The position numbers and the translations under genes are program-made. This document shows positions 12,378 through 24,279 of a stretch of 64,000 nucleotides of DNA, piece by piece. The notes beneath the pieces are model-generated. The model had not been told where the DNA came from, ran no database searches, and saw only the letters and a list, made by a program, of their open reading frames with translations. Source of the DNA: the human T2T-CHM13v2.0 reference genome, Homo sapiens. Within the stretch, counting starts at the first letter, position 1; every line of letters begins with the position of its first letter. The stretch lies in assembly GCF_009914755.1 (NCBI RefSeq), contig NC_060930.1. One strand, 5' to 3'.

Positions 12378-14268
12378 CAGTGGTGTACCAATGGCAGGAC
12401 AGTGGGAGCAGTTCACCCCAGTGCAAGCCCTAAGGTGGGCAAATACAAAGGGAATTTAAAACAATAATAAAACTAAAAGTCAGTCTGCCTTTCATCATAT
12501 CCATGCGTATGTAAGTCTAAACAACATCATTGATACGTTACTCCTACCCCAAAAATACTTTCTTGGCCTAAGTTCTAAACAATTGTGATTACTAATGAGT
12601 TTTAATATTGTATACATGAGCTTCAAATTAGCACATTTTTAATTGTGTATTTAGTAGACATTTTACTTTCATAAACATTTTTTACATAGAAATTCATCAG
12701 AGAATTTCCAATTGTACAATCAACACCCTAAAATGTGTTTCCGTCATAAGCTTGTAACAATTCAAGTATTTTTCAAGCTCCTTTCAAGAGCAGTTTTTAT
12801 GTCTAACTTCTAAGGCGTCATACATTCCCACTTTTAAATACAGGCAGTCCTTGGTTTGCACAGCACTGTGGAACTGAAAAAATTGTCATGTAAGCAGAAA
12901 CCATGCAAAAAGATCTTCATCATCAAAAGGTAGAAGATTCTTCTGTGACTTCTAAACTTTTTGGTTGAGACTTTAAAAGCCCTCTTACTCTCAGTTCTAA
13001 AGAATAGAGAAATGAAAAATAGTAAAATTGATATTTGTTTAGTACATTGTAATTTAAAACATTAGAAACATTGTGAATTAGTGTTTTATTTCTTTGTTTT
13101 AAAAAAACTTATCACAAGTAGTTTGAATGGTGTTTTCTTTCTTTTTCTCCTACAATTTATTTTTGGAATGAGCATTTTTTTCTATCCCTTGACAAACTGT
13201 TAGACTATTTTGAAGTTTGAATCAGCTTCCAACATTTTATCCTTTGCATTTTCAACATCATGAAATATCTCCAAGAGTCCCCTTCATGTGAAGTCCCTGG
13301 TGTCACTTCCTCAGAGACATCTTTATATTTCTTTTGTCACATCCACTTGCCTAATTTATGTCCATAAATTCACCTTCACCAAGTTCCTCTGGCTGCATAT
13401 CTAAGTCTCAAATGATGGCTGTGTCAGCATTCCCGTGGTCAGCTATTTCTTCTAGAACTCCATTCATGTTTGATGTCAGTTTCATTTCTAGCATTATCAC
13501 TTTTGTTCCTTTGTTACACTTTCATCTTTGTTGACCAATATACTGTTTTGACTATCCATTTTTGTAAAAATATCTTGTGGACTATCACTGGACAAGAAGG
13601 ATGTAACACAACTACACACTGTACTATCTGTGCATGTACTACATAACAGATGCACGGTGACCAGTCACTAACAGACTCTTAAAGAAGTATCATGATTGGT
13701 CACCAATCATGATGTGAATCTTTTATTTACGTAGTGATTTTTGAGCTGAAGGGCTGGCTGTAAAGTCTGTATTTCATGCAATTACTCACAGTTAATAAAC
13801 TGAACTGGTAACTGAAATGTGAACCTTGTTGTTGCAGGACTGGTGCTATTTAACTGCACTGTGATAACTGAAATTCTTGTCCATCAGAACTGTACAACAT
13901 AAGGACTGCTAAAGGAGATTCACAACAAACAATGACAGTATAGTGATTTCAAGATGAATAAACAGAACTCGAGTTCCTTCTGTTAGTCATTCTAAGTGAC
14001 TGCTTGGAGTTTTGATTTGTGTTTAATGTTTCAAACAGTGAAAAGAGAACAAACTGTGAGGTTTTTTTGGTAGGTGTAAATTCTAAGCTCATACAGAAAA
14101 TATTTTATTGAATTTGAATAATATCTTTAAAATTAAAATTTATTCTTATTTTTCTGATTTTTTAAAAAAAATCAGAAAAATATTACTAAAATTAATGTTG
14201 TCATATAGAGGAGGCAGTTGTTAAAAAATGATGTATTCTGTGCATCAAATATGATAGGCACACAACTG
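12378..14268. mobile_element. Non-autonomous hAT element (MER97-like), split by a Tigger
   Basis: Degenerate TIRs cagtggtgtacc / ggcacacaactg; 8-bp TSD gatgtttc (12370-12377) / gatctttc (14269-14276). Confidence 0.75.
12841..13909 (-). mobile_element. TcMar-Tigger DNA transposon, internally deleted
   Basis: TIR caggcagtcctt / aaggactgc with flanking TA; minus strand near 13480-13560 reads like a decayed pogo/Tigger transposase N-terminus (NKDESVTKEQKVIMLEMKL). Confidence 0.8.
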
Positions 14269-14344
14269 GATCTTTCTAAAAGACAGATCTGATCTTCTCA
14301 TTCCCCTGACCAAAAGTTTTCACTATCTTGTTATCATCTGTGTG

Positions 14345-14500
14345 ATTAATTCTTAACCTATATGACCTGCGAAACTTCTCAAAAATACAGATTCCTGGGA
14401 TTTAACACATAGATTCCAAAGCAGTAGGTCTAGGCTAGGGTCTGAGAAACTGTCATTAAAGCCCATGTGTGGCTCATACAGGTGCTGATCCACTGACATA
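14345..14500. mobile_element. MER5-like MITE fragment
   Basis: aaaaatacagattcctggg...cagtaggtctaggctagggtctgagaa motif. Confidence 0.55.
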
Positions 14501-14924
14501 CAGGATTAATTCTAAATTCCTTAGTGTGGAAAAAAAGGGTCCTTAAGATCTGGCCCCTGTCTACCTCTACAGAGTCGTCTCCTGCTACTGGTTTCTCCCT
14601 CACATTTTATCGCTTACAACTGCTTATAGCTACTGAGCCAGCCCTAGGTACGTGTTGTTCCAGCTTCCATGGACTGCTCTAGTCCCCAACCCCATGCCAA
14701 GGTCCACTTAGAAAACCCTCATTTCCATGTAAGGGTCAGCTCAAGGCTCATGTCTTTCAAGCCTGCCTTCTGTTGGGCTCCCTTGGCTCCTTGTCTATAC
14801 TCTGTAGCAATTACATCATCACACTGTACTAACTGAACAGTTCTGTGCCAAACTTCTTGAAATGGCATGTCTTTTTCATTTATCTATTTCCAGCATTTAG
14901 CCCATTGCCTGATTATTTCTGGGT

Positions 14925-15491
14925 GTGTCTTTTAGGAATGCTTTCCACTAAAAGTAACAGAAAGCCAACACAGGCTTAAACAAATAGAGGTTTGTAATTC
15001 TCAAATAAAAAGTCTTGAGGGAAGTGGCTACTGGTGAGGTTTCATTAGCTCAACAATGTCACGGCTGTCTTTTCTGTGACTCTCTTGGCCTTTCTCTCAT
15101 ACCTGGGGGGCATCATGGTTGCAAGATAGTGGTTGCAGCTCTGCACATCACAGTCACAGGAAGGAGGAAGAAGGTAGTTGTACAAATTGTGCATATGCTG
15201 TTTAATCAGTAAAGCAAATCTTTTCAGAATTCTCCTGCAAACTTCTACTAAGAGGTATCATTTGCCAGAACTGGGCCACATGGCCACCACTAGCTACAAG
15301 GGGGGCTGGGAAAGAAGAGGATGGGATTGGTGTGATTCACCTAGAACAGGATTGGTGTGATTAAGTTAGAACGTTAGATCAATCATGACCCATGGCCTCA
15401 GGTGGCACATCATTGCTGTGAATAAACTTGCAGTTCAATTGGCAAAAAAAAAGTGGAAAAGAATGAGTATACAATTATCAGCTCTGCCACA
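14925..15491 (-). mobile_element. MaLR solo LTR (MLT1K-like)
   Basis: aagtaacagaaa...ggcttaaacaaatagagg; ccagaactgggccacatggccacc; ends tctgccaca. Confidence 0.7.
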
Positions 15492-15634
15492 GTAGGTATT
15501 CTATATACTTTATAAGTATAAGCGAGTGAATAAACAAATGCATGAAACATGAAGAAGTAAATATTAATCTTTGCAATAAGGACAGGTAGATAGTTCTTGT
15601 AATTGATTAGGGTAGAAAAGGCAAGAGTAAATAC

Positions 15635-16000
15635 AGATGCAGAGTGATACAAATAAAAGAAAACTCAACTCTACAACTTTAAGGCAAAACAAAACAAATA
15701 AAGGACATAATTTATGAGTCTCTATATAGCTTCCTTCACTGACAGAAGCATCAGGCAGCTCCAGGCTTATATCCTCACAGGTTCAAGTTCAGGGGAAAGA
15801 AAGCACCACAGGAGCCACGAAGAAAGGCATAAGTTAACAATCAGGCTACAGTCACATAGCTACCCTGAATCCAGGGGTCAGGACTAGTCACAGCCAAGAC
15901 TCACAGACCAAGTAGGAGAAGGGTGGAGAAAAAACAGGAGCTATTATCAGAAGAAAGGATGGATTGGATGACTGGCAGGCAAAAAGAATAGATGCCACCT
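15635..16000 (-). mobile_element. MaLR solo LTR fragment (MLT1I/J-like)
   Basis: gcagctccaggcttatatcctc...cagaagaaagg...ggatgactggcaggcaaaaa pattern. Confidence 0.5.
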
Positions 16001-16685
16001 CAAACAGAACCCACAAATGAGGACCAGGCATTCAGAAATGGCATGAGAAGTTAGCAAGGCAGGTGTATGGGTTCAGAGTCAACACGATTTGATGTCACTG
16101 CCCTCCATGTGACACTCCCACATCATTTAGTAGAGGAGCTGGCAGCACCTGCAACACATCATCTCAGCTTATCTTTTCTTGGGTGGTTACTTTTACAAAG
16201 CAGCAGTAAGAGGATAGATTAAATTAATCCTTCTCAACTTTTCATCAGAATATCCCCTACAGCCATGAAGGGTGAGCACTCTGGATTTTGGGGCAGAAGG
16301 GTGGTGAAATAGAAGGCTGGCAGAATATTTTGGAGCTGTCTGCTGCAAAACTAAAATTTATTTGAAGTCTTGTGCTTTTTACTTAAGATGTTTAACTTTG
16401 AATTTTATTCCATAGAATATCCATGTTATTTTTCAAGTGTTTTAACTTACTAATCACTTAATAGTTTCTCAAGTTTTTTTTTCCAAATAAAATTGACACT
16501 CCTAAATGACATACCATTTCATTCACTTTGGCACATAGCTATTTACCACTGGACTATACATACGGCAGTTCAAGAAGCATGGGATTAAGTAAACTCTGCA
16601 CATTGTCTCCAGCCTGTTATTCTCAGGTAGCTCTCATTAGCCATAAATGTTAAATTAAAGCTGTCATTAGCCATAAATGTTAACA

Positions 16686-16798
16686 CAGATGGTCCCCAAA
16701 TTAGGATTTTTCAACTTTAAGATGGTGTGAAAGCGACAGGCATTCAGTACACCCCTCAACTTATCCAGATAAACCCATGGTAGTCAGGGAACATCTGT
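16686..16798. mobile_element. Short Tigger5/MER47-like element
   Basis: TIR-like ends cagatggtccc / gggaacatctg followed by TA; internal gataaacccat motif. Confidence 0.65.
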
Positions 16799-16799
16799 A

Positions 16800-17800
16800 A
16801 AATTGCCATCTTTGAGTACCTACCACATTCAAAGCAATTTTATATATTTTCTCATTTAATTTTCCCAATAATTCTGAAAAGAAAATATCATCCCCAAACA
16901 CACAAGGAAGGTGAAAGTCACAGAAATTCACTAAGTCACTGAGAGTTAGACATTTAGATAATAGGATCGAAACTCAGTACTCTGGCTCTAAAGCCTGTGT
17001 CTCTTCCATGTCTTTCTTCCTCTCCTTTCAAATTGCTTCTTTACGCTTGAGGAATATCAACCTTGAATAAGAAACAATCTACAAATTTAAGCAGAATACA
17101 GAATAACTAATAATGCATTATCCTACACACACTGAGGCCTCCTGCACTAAGGCCGTGTGGAATAGTGTAGTAGACCTGGAATTAGGAGTCCTAGGTTCTT
17201 TTGTCAACCCCACCTATAGCAACCCCACCTATAGCATTGGAAAAATACTTCTCTGGACCTAAGGCTCTTGATCTGCAAAATAAGAGTGAGACCCGGTCAT
17301 TTTTGCAGTCATATCCAGCTCCAAAGTGCTAACCTTTCAACATCAATTCCTCAAGATTCAGCAGTCTAAGTGCAGACTAACCAAGTCTTATACGCCTATT
17401 AAATGTAATATGCCCTCCAAAAGAGATCAGAAAGATTTAATTATAGGCACACTCTCAAAAACGGTATCAGATGAATGCTAACTCCAACCCCAACTTCTGA
17501 GAAAATAATCATAACAGCACTAGGATGATAACAACTACTTATTGATTGTTAATCACATCCCAGTTACTGTTCTAGTGTAAGTACTATCTCCTTTAACCTT
17601 TGTAACAACCCTACACAAAGTAGATCCCATTATCATTCCCATTTTACAGGTGAAGAAACTAAAGTATGGTACATTTAAGTAACTTCCCAAGATCACATAA
17701 TTAATGGCAAACTCAGCCATTAATTATGTATAATGTAATGTGTAACGGCAAACCCAGAGTCAGACTCTGTAGTCTGAAGCGAGATGGTCATGAAACACTG
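16800..17800. mobile_element. Cluster of three MIR fragments (16800-17010 -, 17155-17330 +, 17520-17800 -)
   Basis: MIR core motifs such as cccattttacaggtgaagaaact...taagtaacttcccaagatcaca and atctgcaaaataag. Confidence 0.7.
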
Positions 17801-18232
17801 TCTCCCTCCTGACCAGGCTGTTCTCATTGAGAAATGTGCACTTGAAAAGCTTCCTGGAGACGAAAGATCTTATCATTAATGCTGCACCATAGATTGATTT
17901 AAAACACAGAGTGTTTTATTATGCCAGCAGATGCATGCCAGAGTTGTGACAATGTCCATTAATGTCTAATTGGCTTTGTTAACCTTGCTGGAGTCTGTGG
18001 AGATTGCAATGGTGAGGTCTGAGGGAAAAACTGAGCTGGTGGGAAGGAGTCTGGTTGCAGTTAGGAGGCAGGCACCTGATACACAAGGATTCCCTGCATC
18101 GTAACCACACGAACACTGATGGGAAAGTAAATTACCATTAGTATTCATCAGCACCAGTCAGACATGCCTAATGATTGGCTTTCAGGTTAAGTAGAGAATA
18201 CTAAACTTACTCAATAATATTCATTCAGTAGT

Positions 18233-18607
18233 TGTATTCGCCGGTTTTTACACTGCTGTAAGACACTGCCCAAGACTGGGTAATTTATAAAGGAAAGAGG
18301 TTTAATTGACTCACAGTTTCACATGGCTGGGAAGGCCTCAGGAAACTTACAATCATAGCAGAAGGCAAAGGGCAAGGAAGGCATGTCTTACACGGCAGCA
18401 GGCGAGACAGAGAAAGAAAGAGAGAAGGGGAGGAAGAGCCCCACACTTATCAAACAATCAGATTTTGTGAGAACTCTTATCATGAGAACAGCAAGGGTAA
18501 AATCTGCTGCCATGATCCAATTATCTCCCACCAGGTCCCTCCCTTAACACGTGGGGATTACAATTCAAGTTGAGACTTGGGTGGGCACACAGGGCCAAAC
18601 CATATCA
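18233..18607 (-). mobile_element. MaLR solo LTR (THE1D/MSTA-like)
   Basis: tgtatt...gactgggtaatttataaaggaaagaggtttaattgactcacag...ccaaaccatatca; 5-bp TSD gtagt/gtaat. Confidence 0.92.
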
Positions 18608-19160
18608 GTAATGCTTTGCGAGCTCAGTTGAGTAATGCATTTTTTCATGGAGACTGTTTTGGGATGGTGTTGTATGGAATACATTCTGGAAAATTCTGCT
18701 CCATAGAATATAGCAAGCTTTGGCCAGCAGACCACCCAAAAATGAACAAGTGCAATAAAGAGTTCTTAGCTTTCTATGCTACTCATCCAGGAGGCGCTGG
18801 TGCCCCAGACAGCTGAAGCATTTAAGAGAAAGTAGATTCTCATGTTTGTTGAACCTCACTCAAACCAAGGGCAAGACCGAAATGTCTCCATCAATATGCA
18901 AAACTTTTTACTTTGAATTGGACATTTATTATAGATAAGACATTCTGATAGGCACTTTACATACCTTAAATTGTTTAAAGTTTAAGCATCTTTATCATTT
19001 TTAGATGTATAAAAGATGATTTTTAAAAATAGAACACTTGCTGGTAACCAACTTAGTGTTAAGATTATTTTCTTAAATTCAACTAGTTGATTAAAATTAG
19101 GTGGAGGGAATGAGGGATTGACACGAGGTGATGTCTTTTAATTTATCTACTTAATAGAAT

Positions 19161-19863
19161 TGAAAGATCCCAACAGGTTCTTCCTGCTCAATACACAAAC
19201 AAAGACCATAGCATTGCAGTAAAGAAAGAGTTTAATGAACACAAGGGTGGCCATGCCATGTGGGGGACAGTTATTACTCGAATAAATCTCATCTTAGGTT
19301 AGGGGTTTTCCAAAGGTAGTTTGGGGGAAGAGGTGGAGGTGGCTAGGCAATGGGTACTTACTGCTGATTGGTTGGGGGTGCAATCATAGGGATATAGGAA
19401 ATTATCCTCCTGCTGGCTGAAGTGCTTCTGGGTGGAGACACAGGAGTGGTTAGCAGGTCCAGGTAGAGCCATCATTGGTGTTAGACATGCAAAAAACCTG
19501 AAAAGTTATCTCCAAAGGGCAATCTTAGGTTTTACAATAATGATGTTATCTGCAGAAGTAATTGAGAAAGTTGTATATCTTGTGACCTCCAGAAGAAATG
19601 GCTGGCAATGCTCATATGTTAGCAGAATCCAGGCTTTTCTATCTTCCTAGCCTGGTGGTCTCATTAAGCTTTACAAAGATGGCTGTGTTTGGGGGAAGGG
19701 CTATTATCATATAAACTATAAATGTCTCCCAAAGTTAGCCCAGCCTATGCCCAGGAACAATTAAGTCAGCTTGAAGGCTAAAGGCAAGAGGGGGTTGTCT
19801 AGATCAGATATCCTCCACTGTCATAATTTTCTTACTGTTACTATTTTTGCAAAGGTGGTTTCT
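19161..19863 (-). mobile_element. ERV1 solo LTR (MER50/LTR8 group)
   Basis: cattgcagtaaagaaagagtttaat...ttttgcaaaggtggtttc; 4-bp TSD GAAT (19157-19160, 19864-19867). Confidence 0.85.
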
Positions 19864-21899
19864 GAATTGTCACAAACATCATACCCAAGTTAAATAACTT
19901 GCTATTTTCTATTTTTATCCTTCTTTTAAAAAATAATTTTAGATTTTGATTCAAAGATAGAGCTCATTTTTGCCACTGAATTCTCTAAGAATTTCTATCA
20001 AGGAGGAAGTCTTGATTAGATCAGTGAATCTCAGATATTTATAGTCCTTGGAAGAAACAGGTTACCAAAAAAAGAGGGAAAATGAAAGATGGTTCCTTTA
20101 AGAAATGAACAAAGAAGGAATATACGTCCCAACCACAAGAAGCAAATGGAAGGAAACGGCTGGCTTCAGAATGTTAATATCATCACTGCAAATTAGTTTT
20201 CATATAAGTAATTAATCAACTTTTGTCACTTTTTGCGATTCATTGTGAACATTCTGCATGAGGTCCGTCCTTCACTGTGCTACTTCAAGTTTAAAAGCCT
20301 GAGGCTTTTAGAACTTGCCTTATGACATTGTCGAGGCCCTTTTTATAGTCTAATTAACATGCCAGAAATTTCAAGCCAACAAAAGATACAATGGTACCAT
20401 TTTTCAGCTTTGAAGAACTTTTTCATGCCCACTTCAAGCACTTCTTACACTTCTGGCCCTCTCTGCTCAGATACCAACCTCACTGGAGGGACTGGCTTTA
20501 AGCTTCATGAAGGGCCCCACCCTTCCTGTTCACTCAGTGGGACCATTCATGAGAGGAAATAATGACATTACATTATGCAATCTTCCCTATATGTAACCTC
20601 TCCTAATAGAGCCTTTTTGATGGAATTTTTAGGATCCACGGCCACCAGGATTAAGCTACATACTCTAAGCTAAGGACCACACTGGACTGGAGCAAATATA
20701 ACAGATCTCAGCACGGATTGCCTTGGTACCAGAGTCCCTAACAAGCCCACATGCTGCCAGTCACACTGTCCACACAGAATCTTGGGGGATCTGGAACACT
20801 CCATCCTGGCTTTAAGTTACCACCACTACCAAACTACTGCCCTTTTCTATTAAGGCTTAAATTGCCAATATAGCAATACAGAAGAACCTATACTCACAAG
20901 CATTCACTTCTGTTTAAAGGGATGTTTACAAACAACAGGATTTCTTGTTTCTTGAACCTAACTTAGCAGCAAGATGAGTTCTCACCCGGGGGAGAAATTA
21001 TATATACAATTTATTAGTAGTTCTATTACATATGTAAATGTGCCCATTATAGAATATAAAGAGAAACAGAAAGGAGTAAAATTAATCACTCATAAATACC
21101 TATATTAACAATTTAAATAGGCTTCTTTTCACCTTTTTTCTCCTGTAACTTGTATTATAGGAAAATGAAAGTAGTTGAAACTGTAAGTGAATTTTAGCCA
21201 AATATTTTTCCTAAATAAGCCAGCCAAAAGATGCTCTCCCCCAAGTCCTCTGAGATCTAATGCTGGACAAGAGGTACTGTGCCCCATCACCAACCACCCA
21301 CATGGAAGCAGGACTCAGGACATCATGAGCTGCACATTTCTTATTTTGCTCACAGTCAAGCTGCGCAGGCAGAAGGGGTGAGGATTATTAATCAGAGAAA
21401 GTGAGATGAACTACCAGCTCTCTCTCCTCTGCTCCTCAAAGAATTCTTTCACTTCCTCTGCCTGTTTCCTGTCCTCACCCAGGGTGGCCCATGTTCTCCC
21501 ATGGCGCTCTCCTCTGCTGCTCCGCTGCTTTCCTGAAGGGCAGCAAAAGGCCTCCCGGTGTCCACAGCATCTGGTGCTGCTTCAAAGCCAATCACTAAAC
21601 CAGCCAACTATCTGCCCTTGTGATTTGCCCAGGCGAATCTTCCAAGGCCAGTCGTGTCAAATTGGAAGCTCCGGGAACCTCTGTGCAAATGAATTCTAAA
21701 ATCCTCCTTACCTTTACAGCAATCTCACAGAGATTTATGTTGTCACCAAGAGGAAAACATAAACCTTTCTGCTGTCACTGAGGTACTCCAAGTGTGACTG
21801 CCTTTACTGCAACTCTCCAAGAGTGAACTCTGCATGAAAAATAAAATTTCGGTCTTAACATCAGCTTTACTGTGAAATGGGCTGGAATTCTTCAAGAGA

Positions 21900-22980
21900 C
21901 TAATTTATAAATGAATTCCGAGAATCTGAACAAGAAGTATCTGAAAGGGAAAACTTAAACGATACATAAATAGGTGAAAATACGTTCAACCTCATTAACG
22001 ATCAAAGGTATGCTAAACAAAACATACATGTTTTTGCTTATCTAACTAGAAATGATTTTTTAAAGTTATATTTGATGTCAGTGTAGAATGTTGGGAAACT
22101 TGTTAGTCAGGTTTCCCAACATTCTACTGGTGGGAAATTGGTAAAAGCAAATTGGGGAATTTATATTAACAGTAGAAACTATGCATAATCTCTCAGTAAA
22201 CAATTCTACTTATGATCCTAAGGATAAAATTAGTAGCACGCAAGAAGATTTGATAATAGCAGAAACTGGAAAAATATACAAGAATGAGTAGTTATTAAAT
22301 ATGGTATCTTCACTTGACAGAATACTCTACAGCCATTAACAAGGAGCTGGAGGAAGAGGTTTATACGTGAGAAAAAGCTAGTTATGAAACAACACATACA
22401 ATATAGCCCCAGTTTAGTGGAAATACATACACCTAGAAAAGGGTTTAGAGAGGAGTCATCAGTGGTTATCTCAGAGTGGGGTGGACACAAGGCTAGCAGG
22501 ATGGCATGCAGTTAAGAGTAAGGGGATTGAACATACTTGGATGCATATCCTAACTCTGCCACTCTGGGAACTGGGGCAATTTTCTCACAGACTCCTTATT
22601 TGTAAAATGGGGATAATGTGACTACTTAGGGCTTGTTAAAGGATTAAAAGAAATGGTTTTAATAAAGTACATAGCACAGTATTTGGTACAAACAAAAACT
22701 AACTTATAGATCTGCAGATTTTTTATCTGTAATTATCAATTTTCTATGATAAATACATATTTTATAATGAAAGTCATTTAAAAAATGTAAACAAATAAAG
22801 AATTCTAATTAATGATATACACATTTAAGTGATTAGAAGGGAAGTATACTAATGTTTGCAATTTACTTTGAAATACACCAAAACATAAGATGGATTGATG
22901 GTGGATACACAAAAGTTTACTGCAAAATTCTTTCAACTTTGTGGTATGTTTGAAAATATAAAATGTTGGTAAAAAGGAAT
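21900..22980 (+). mobile_element. Fragmented L1ME-like 3' pieces with a MIR at 22495-22700
   Basis: caattctactt, aatactctacagccatt and aaaattctttcaacttt motifs; MIR core tttgtaaaatggggataat. Confidence 0.55.
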
Positions 22981-23023
22981 ATCACCTTAAATGTATTATC
23001 TTTTTTATTTATATAAGTAAGAT

Positions 23024-23470
23024 GGCCGGGCACAGTGGTTCATCCCTGTAATCCCAGCACTTTGGGAGGCCGAGGCGGGTGCATTGCTTGAGGCCAGGAG
23101 TTCAAGACCAGACTAGGCGACAGGGTGAAACCCCGTCTCTCTACTCAAAATAACAAAGAAAGAAAGAGAGAGAGAGGGGAAGGAAGGAAGGAAGGAAAAG
23201 AAAGGAAGGAAGGAAGGAAGGAAGGAAGGAAGGAAGGAAGGAAGGAAGGAAGGAAGGAAAGAAGGAAGGAAGGAAGGAAGGAAGGAAATAAATTAGCTGG
23301 CCCTGGTGGTGCATGCTTGTAGTCCCAGCTACTGGGGAGGCTGAGGTAGGAGAATCACCTGAACCCAGGAGGTCAAGGCTTCAGTGAGCCAAGATCACAC
23401 CATTGCACTCCAGCCTGAGCAACCAGAGTGAGACTCTATCTCAGGAAAAGAAAAAAAAAAAAAAAAAGGA
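23024..23470 (+). mobile_element. AluJ with expanded purine microsatellite in the central linker
   Basis: ttgcttgaggccaggag and ggaggtcaaggct are AluJ diagnostics; monomers separated by ~140 bp of GA/GGAA repeat. Confidence 0.95.
23155..23288 (+). repeat. (GGAA)n microsatellite
   Basis: 14 consecutive GGAA at 23204-23259, one AGAA, 6 more GGAA, plus upstream GA/GGAA units. Confidence 0.97.
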
Positions 23471-24279
23471 AAAGATCTTCATTTTAACAGAGCATGAAAT
23501 TAACACATGAAGAAAAAGTTAGTAATTTCTCTAACATACTCCTCACCAATTCCACTCTGCTGGAAAGGTATTTTTTGTATCTTTCCACATTTTTATACTC
23601 ATAAATTTAAAAGAAACTGTTTTTTCATAAGATTTTATCATTCATATTACTTGCAACCCCTGTTTTTTACATTTGGAAAAGTAATTTTTGTTTAAAAAAC
23701 AAAGAATGAGATCTACCTCTTACTAATGAACCTATAAATAGCAAATAAATTTTCTTTATACATAAGATAGAAGAACATAGCTTTTTCCCATATGCGGTTT
23801 TTTTTATTACTCAAAATTTTAGGAGCCTTCATAGCAAGAGATAAAATACTTTGGTTTTTAAAATACTTTCATTATTGTTATATTAAAATACAACATAGCT
23901 TGGTGCCTGCGCATCCTACTGTGAGCTAGCGTTTATTACCGTCTCCTCCCATGGGTTCCAAGTCCACTCACCTCTGTCTTCGGTGGCAGTATTGCTAGCA
24001 TTACACTTGAGGTCACTTTCTGCAGGCACCACTGTAGCCCAAGATAAAGATAAAAATGTACCTGAGATTCACAGCCTCTGAATATGCAGGACCACAATTC
24101 CCATTACATATGTACACTGAATGTGAAGAAAACAAAACAAAATAACAACGGTAACAAAACTGTATAAATATAGCGTGTGTAAGGGGTTGTTATCTACCCC
24201 ACAGAAGCAGACTGGACTCTACTCAAGATTTCCAAGGAAACTATCTTTTGTTAATGCTTTGAAAATGTCCTCTCTGTTA

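Larger units (their letters stand above)
12240..14910 (+). mobile_element. L2 fragment interrupted by three DNA-transposon insertions
   Basis: L2 sequence rejoins across the hAT insert (cagtgatgtttc|taaaagacagatctgatc...) and continues to an L2-type 3' end near 14910. Confidence 0.65.

Noticed and set aside
23125-23322. KEGR-repeat ORF
   Set aside because: It is the translation of the GGAA microsatellite.
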